Of a DNA stretch of 64,000 nt, positions 58,751 to 64,000 are shown one piece after another. Made by a program: the position numbers and the translations under genes. The notes beneath the pieces are model-generated. The model did no database searches. It was given only the letters and a program-made list of their open reading frames with translations, and was not told the origin of the DNA. Each line of letters begins with the position of its first letter. Positions within the stretch are counted from its first letter, which is position 1. The stretch lies in the NCBI RefSeq assembly GCF_009914755.1, contig NC_060929.1. The stretch is one strand, 5' to 3'. This DNA comes from the human T2T-CHM13v2.0 reference genome, Homo sapiens.

Positions 58751-59281
58751 TGGGGCCAGGAATGTGGTTCACGTATGTAATTCTAGGACTTTGGGAGGCC
58801 AAGGTAGGAGGACTGCTTGAGGCCGAGAGTTCAAGACAAGTCTGGGCAACTTAGCAAGGCTATGCAGCGCAGCAGTTTCCAGCTTGTCCTGACTCTTCTT
58901 TCCTTTTCTTCCTGCCTGCTAGTCCACCTGACCAAGAGCAGCACTAGGCCCACTAGCAGATACCTTGACGGGAACCTACAGAGACAGCAGCTACTCTGAG
59001 GCAACTAACATCTCCTCACATTCCCACTTTGGTGGCCAAAAGTGCTTGGCTTCTCAGAAATTTCCTTTAAGATCTCACTTGCTCACCTATGCCAGTGCTT
59101 CAGGAGGACTGAGTAGTGACTCCTTTTCTGATCCTCTAACTCCCCCTTTTGGATCTTCACTTTCCTAGTTCCACTCATAATTGCGTAAGGTCTAATACCT
59201 ACAGTAAATCCCTTTTCCGTAACACTCATATTGGTTCTGTTTCCCAGACTAAACTCTAAGGCAAGGCCAAAGCACAGAACA

Positions 59282-59530
59282 TATCTTAGTCTATTTTGAG
59301 CTGCTGTAACAGAATACCATAAACTGGGTAGTTTATAAAGAACAGAAATTTATTTTCCTCACAGCTCTGGAGGCTGGGAAGTCCAAGATTGAGGAGCTGG
59401 CATCTTGTGAGGGCCTTCTTGCTGCATTATCCCATAATGGAAGGCAAAAGGGCAAGAGTGTAACAGGGGAACAAACCCACCCTTTCATAATGGCACCAAT
59501 CCGCCCATGAGGGGACATTCAAACCACAGT
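59282..59530 (-). mobile_element. MST/MLT1A-type MaLR LTR
   Basis: gctgctgtaacagaataccataaactgggtagtttataaag...ctggaggctgggaagtccaag. Confidence 0.75.
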
Positions 59531-59562
59531 AGATCACTTATTTTAAACTTACCTTCTAATAC

Positions 59563-59630
59563 AGGCATACCTTTGAGATATTGTGGGTTCAGTTCCAGAC
59601 CATCACAATAAAGTGAATATCACAATATTG
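59563..59630 (+). mobile_element. Tigger1 terminal fragment
   Basis: ta-caggcatacctttgagatattgtgggttcagttccagaccatcacaataaagtgaatatc. Confidence 0.7.
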
Positions 59631-60614
59631 ATGATTGATTCCTTTGATCTATTATTTCTCTGAAAAGTCACCTCCTCCAGCAAGGCTTTTCCAAACTACT
59701 GTGACTGAAGTTTCATTATGCTCTCTACTATAGGAGCACTTTCATATCAGTTATCAACACCTGAAATTATTTTATTATGATCAACCATCAGAACTTCAAC
59801 TTTTTTAACACAGAAATTCTGTCTTCTACATCACTGTATTCTCTAGTACCTAAAATTGTGACTGGCACATAGTAAGTGCTAATTAAAATATCTATTGAAT
59901 ACATGTATAGCTTATTGGACTACTGAGAATTACTAAAGAAACTAAAATCTGTCGACTAAACATAAAAGATAGAAGTTACAGAAAATGCTAATATATACTA
60001 AAACCTGATATTTTATGGAAATCCAACCTTATTTCACTACTAACATATTATATTCATTATCCAAATTAATGGTACATGCATGGGGAGATAATATTAACAG
60101 ACTCTGCTCTTTGCTGCTAAATACTAGATATAATTCACATATTTCAAATTAAATATTATATTTTAATAATAGGATTAATGAGAATCATCAGTGAAAATCT
60201 ATGGCAATTACATTTTTAAAAACAATTCAAATAACTTTTGTTATTAACAATTAATAGTAAGCGCATATAACAAAAAACCATTATTAGTGATTTAACTATT
60301 TTTAAATGAAAATGAGGTTTAGCATTATATTAGGAATGTACTATTAGATATTAGAAACCACAGATGTTTAGTTCTAAGTAAACTATTACTATATCCCATC
60401 AGCAAAGATATTAATGAACTAAGCTAAATGATGACTGATACTCTTTAAAGAAATGAAATCAATTAGCACAAGTGAAAAGCCAAAAAGTGACACTATAATT
60501 CACTTTCCCTACTTTAACTTACTAAACACTTTACAAATTAAAGAATTAGTCACTTTGTTAATGATGTATTTTACTTTAAAGATACTCATTGTGTCTACCA
60601 ATCTTTACTTTTAC

Positions 60615-60789
60615 CTTATGCACTAAGAGGATTTTTTTCTTTTATAGGAGACCGTATATGTCTTGGATAAAACTATCTATCACTGCTTGCCACATAGAAT
60701 TTGAATTTGCAAGAGTTCGGAGAGTTGCCAAAAAAGTATTAAAATATGATGCTAAAACATTGGTTTCCTTTAAATAACTACAGACAATT
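60615..60789 (-). pseudogene. Pseudo-exon IVCSYLKETNVLASYFNTFLATLRTLANSNSMWQAVIDSFIQDIYGLL*KKKILLVHK, phase 2-0
   Basis: ttttttccatttctag|A ... AAG|gtaaaa; 175 nt with a single TAA at 60642-60644. Confidence 0.75.
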
Positions 60790-61285
60790 CTAGAAATGGA
60801 AAAAAGGGAAGTATACATTTTAGACCCAAAATCACGTATATTTAAAAATCTTTCTTCATTGATTTTACTAAGAAGCAACTTTAGAAATAAAGCTATTTAA
60901 TAAAGCGAAAATACTAAACAGTAAGTTTATAAAATTAAATGATCATATTGTAAATCACTGCCAGTTTTCCTAACAACTGTTTCCCATAAAATTACATTTA
61001 TACACACAAAAAAAATGAGGAAATTTTCCCCTTGCAAATAACACATTTGGAGGCAGAAATGAGTAAATGATATTTGTATGCAAAATCAGTAAGGAGTACT
61101 CTGTAATGAAAATAATCCTGAGGCAGGTACACTTTTAAAAAATGTTTTAATTCTTTAATATACTTCTAAGTAACAATAACAGTAAGACATATAGTAAAAT
61201 TTCTTATTCGAATAATTTTTTTAAAAAACCTTACATTAAAAAGTTTCTTTTAAAAATAATTCTTACGTTGTTAGTTCAAGTGAAT

Positions 61286-61591
61286 CTTATTTTTATTTAT
61301 TTATTTATTTATTTGAGACACTGTCTCACTCTGTCGCCCAGGCTAGAGTGCAGTGGTACATCTCAGCTCACTGCAACCTCTGCCTCCCAGGTTCAAGCAA
61401 TTCTCTGCCTCAGCCTCCTGAGTAGCTGGGATTACAGGTGCCTGCCACTACGCCTGGCTAATTTTTGTATTTTTAGTACAGATGAGGTTTCACCATCTTG
61501 GCCAGGCTGGTCTTGAACTCCTGACCTCGTGATCTACCCACCTCGGCCTCCCAAAGTGCTGGAATTACAGATGTGAGCCACCACGCTTGGC
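61286..61591 (-). mobile_element. AluS
   Basis: Dimer, (TTTA)n tail, TSD tcaagtgaat. Confidence 0.95.
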
Positions 61592-61666
61592 TCAAGTGAA
61601 TAATTCTTAAAAATTGAAAAACAATTACTTATTTCTCTAATATGCTTTTTAGTAGAGTACAGGAGT

Positions 61667-61991
61667 TGCTATGGTCTGAATATTTGTGTCCCCACAAAAC
61701 TCACAGGTTGAAACCTTAATTCCCGAGGTATAGTATTAGGAAGTGGAACCTTTGGGGGATGATTAGGTCATAAGGGTCTCAGAGAGCTAGCTCGACCCTT
61801 CCACTAGGTGAAGACACAGCTAGAATGCACCATCTATGAACCAGTGAGTGGGCCCCTCACCAGACACCAAATCTGCTGGCACCTTGATATTGTATTTCCC
61901 AGCCTCCAGACTTAGAAGAAATAAATTTCTGTTTTTTATAAGCTATCCAGTCTCTGGTATTCTGAGAGAGCAGCCAGAATGGACTAAGACA
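61667..61991 (+). mobile_element. MLT1A-like solo LTR
   Basis: tgctatggtctgaat...ggactaagaca; perfect 5-bp TSD ggagt. Confidence 0.85.
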
Positions 61992-62712
61992 GGAGTCAAG
62001 TGATCAGCACGGTGTAAAAAGTCAGGGATTTCCAGATTTCCTGAATAATTTTTAAATATAAAATTGTAAACTGTTAAGACCACTACAGTATCTTTTGTTT
62101 AAAAACATGCTATGTAAGGATGTATGAGTATTTGTATAAATAACAACAGCTAGTACATACAATAAGAATAGTATAAAAGGGAAGGGGAACAATGTAGGTG
62201 ATGAAAGAGGGAGAGGAAGACCCTGGGAAGGAGGAAGAAAGTGTGAAGAGAAAAGAGAGAGAATATGCTTTAAGTTAATGTAGCTAATAAAAATTTAGAT
62301 TGGACAATTTAAGAGAGTAATTCATTCTACAAAAAGCCTACTTATGGGGCAAATTAAATGCAAAGTTTCATTCCATCTATAATGCAATATTATTTATTCA
62401 TAAAAATATCCATCCATACCTATTTTAAAGAAATACATCTACATAGTAAAATACAGTTTTGTAAAACTTTTGAGTTTACTAAGTCAGATCTAATTTTTTA
62501 CTTGTAGCATCAATAAAATTTACTTCTGAACCAATAACAACTACAGGCAAGGGTCAACAATTTAGCTCCCTGAAATTCAGCATCCCTGAAATTCAATGGA
62601 AAGGATTTTCTAATAACATGATCACATTTTTAAACCTATTTAGGGCAACAGTTGGAAATATGTGATGAAGAAACTGAGTAAATTATACAGAAGTGCTCTT
62701 CTATATAATTTA

Positions 62713-62995
62713 CTGAGAGGCCAAGGCAGAAGGATCGCTTGAGGCCAGGAGTTCAGGACCAGCCTAAACAACACAGCAAGACCCCCATCTCCACAAAAAT
62801 TAAATGAAATTAGTAAAATTTAAAATTAGCTGAGTGTGGTGGCATGGGGCTGAGGTTCTAGCTACTTGGGAGGCTGAGGCAGGAGGAACACTTGAGCCCA
62901 GGAGTTTGATGCTGCAGTAAGCTATGATTACACCACTGCACTCCAAACTGGGTGACAGAAGGAGGCCCTGTCTCTAAAATACATAAATAAATAAA
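62713..62995 (+). mobile_element. AluJ, slightly 5'-truncated
   Basis: Dimer consensus, (TAAA)n tail. Confidence 0.9.
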
Positions 62996-63610
62996 TCACT
63001 AACTGGTGGTATAGTGAGGAGCTTATTTCTTCCAAAATATATGAAAAATATTACTGGTCATGACTAAGAAAAGTGTCTCTGGAGTCTTCAAGTTAGAGAA
63101 AATAATTTTTTCCCAATATAATTCTCCTATTCCACATAAGTCTTATAATCCAACCTGTAGAAAGTTGCCATGCACTGTGACTTACTACTTTGTATAATCT
63201 AGTTCTCAACCTTTTACACTCATGTGTGCAAGAAACTCTCAATACCTCTCATTACACGCAGTGATTTTCAACATACTATAAAGGAGCTGATTAAAAGTGA
63301 GGTCACTTTATGTATGAGGAAATACTATTCTCTGAGTTACACGGTTCAAATAACTCACAAAACGATCTACACAACATCAAAGTGCAGATGGGGTACACAA
63401 GTAAAACCTACTATCAGCTACAAATTCATAAAACTTGGAACTTCCAGGAAAAATCAAGCAAATATAAAGAATCTGAATTTAAAAGCCAACTAATACAATA
63501 AAAAAGTAATTTTTAAAAGCCTGATTAATTTTTCAATTAAAATACTCAGATAATACTACACACTTGAGAACTTTTAGTAATTAAAATAATGGCTTTTAAA
63601 ACTTACTTAC

Positions 63611-63633
63611 AACTGTTTAATGAGAACAGGTGA
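63611..63633 (-). pseudogene. Candidate micro pseudo-exon (SPVLIKQ-L), phase 0-2
   Basis: tgcttctctag|TCA...TT|gtaagt; phase 2 end matches the start of the 60789 exon. Confidence 0.35.
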
Positions 63634-63761
63634 CTAGAGAAGCATTTTATACCACAGATGATTAAATGGACTCACCTTGTTAAGAGGTCAGGAAAAAATA
63701 AGTAAAAAACAAGTACAGTGAGTTAACAGGTCAGTAAAGTAATTTGGAAAACTATACATAC

Positions 63762-63827
63762 TTCAAGAAAATTTTATACATTTCCAAAAACACTAAATTT
63801 TAAGCTTTTTAAGTCTTCAAAAATACT
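63762..63827 (-). pseudogene. Candidate pseudo-exon (SIFEDLKSLKFSVFGNV*NFLE), phase 0-0
   Basis: aacattttag|AGT...GAA|gtatgt, 66 nt; a competing strong donor AAG|gtgagt lies near 63675. Confidence 0.3.
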
Positions 63828-63952
63828 CTAAAATGTTTTATTTAAAAGATAAAAGTAGAAATTACTCTTAAAAATCAATAAAGTAAAATTTTGAGATACA
63901 AAATGGTATACTGGGGGTAGGGGGAGTTTTCTTTTTAAAAAATAATAATGAT

Positions 63953-64000
63953 GGCTGGGCACGGTCCCAGCACTTTTGGAGGCCAAGGCAGACAGATCAC
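63953..64000 (+). mobile_element. Alu 5' end running off the window
   Basis: ggctgggcacggt..cccagcacttttggaggccaaggca. Confidence 0.85.

Noticed and set aside
63199-63501. Plus-strand ORFs 63224..63493 and 63310..63501
   Set aside because: Resemble a decayed hAT/Charlie transposase C-terminus with a MITE-like end rather than a host gene.

Overview
Primate (most likely human) genomic DNA: AT-rich, CpG-depleted, roughly half interspersed repeats (Alu, L1, L2/MIR, MaLR/ERVL/ERV1 LTR elements, hAT and mariner DNA transposons). I see no intact protein-coding gene, RNA gene or CpG island. The main non-repeat signal is a chain of about 11 (possibly 13 or more) minus-strand exon-like segments between ~63.8 kb and ~20 kb. 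They have AG/GT boundaries and mostly compatible phases and splice into several hundred codons of helical-looking protein. They carry at least 9 premature stops, a frameshift and an AluS inserted inside one exon, which points to a dead intron-containing gene (unprocessed, possibly unitary, pseudogene). I could not name it; several segments loosely resemble RGS22/RGSL1-type divergent RGS domains (inference only). Also present: a two-LTR MER4-group-like ERV with a tRNA-Glu PBS and mixed class I/class III coding remnants, a HERV-E LTR2 solo LTR, two L1MA copies that appear to share a conversion-like tract, and a consensus p53-family response element. Repeat subfamily names come from recalled consensus features, and repeat boundaries without a TSD are approximate.
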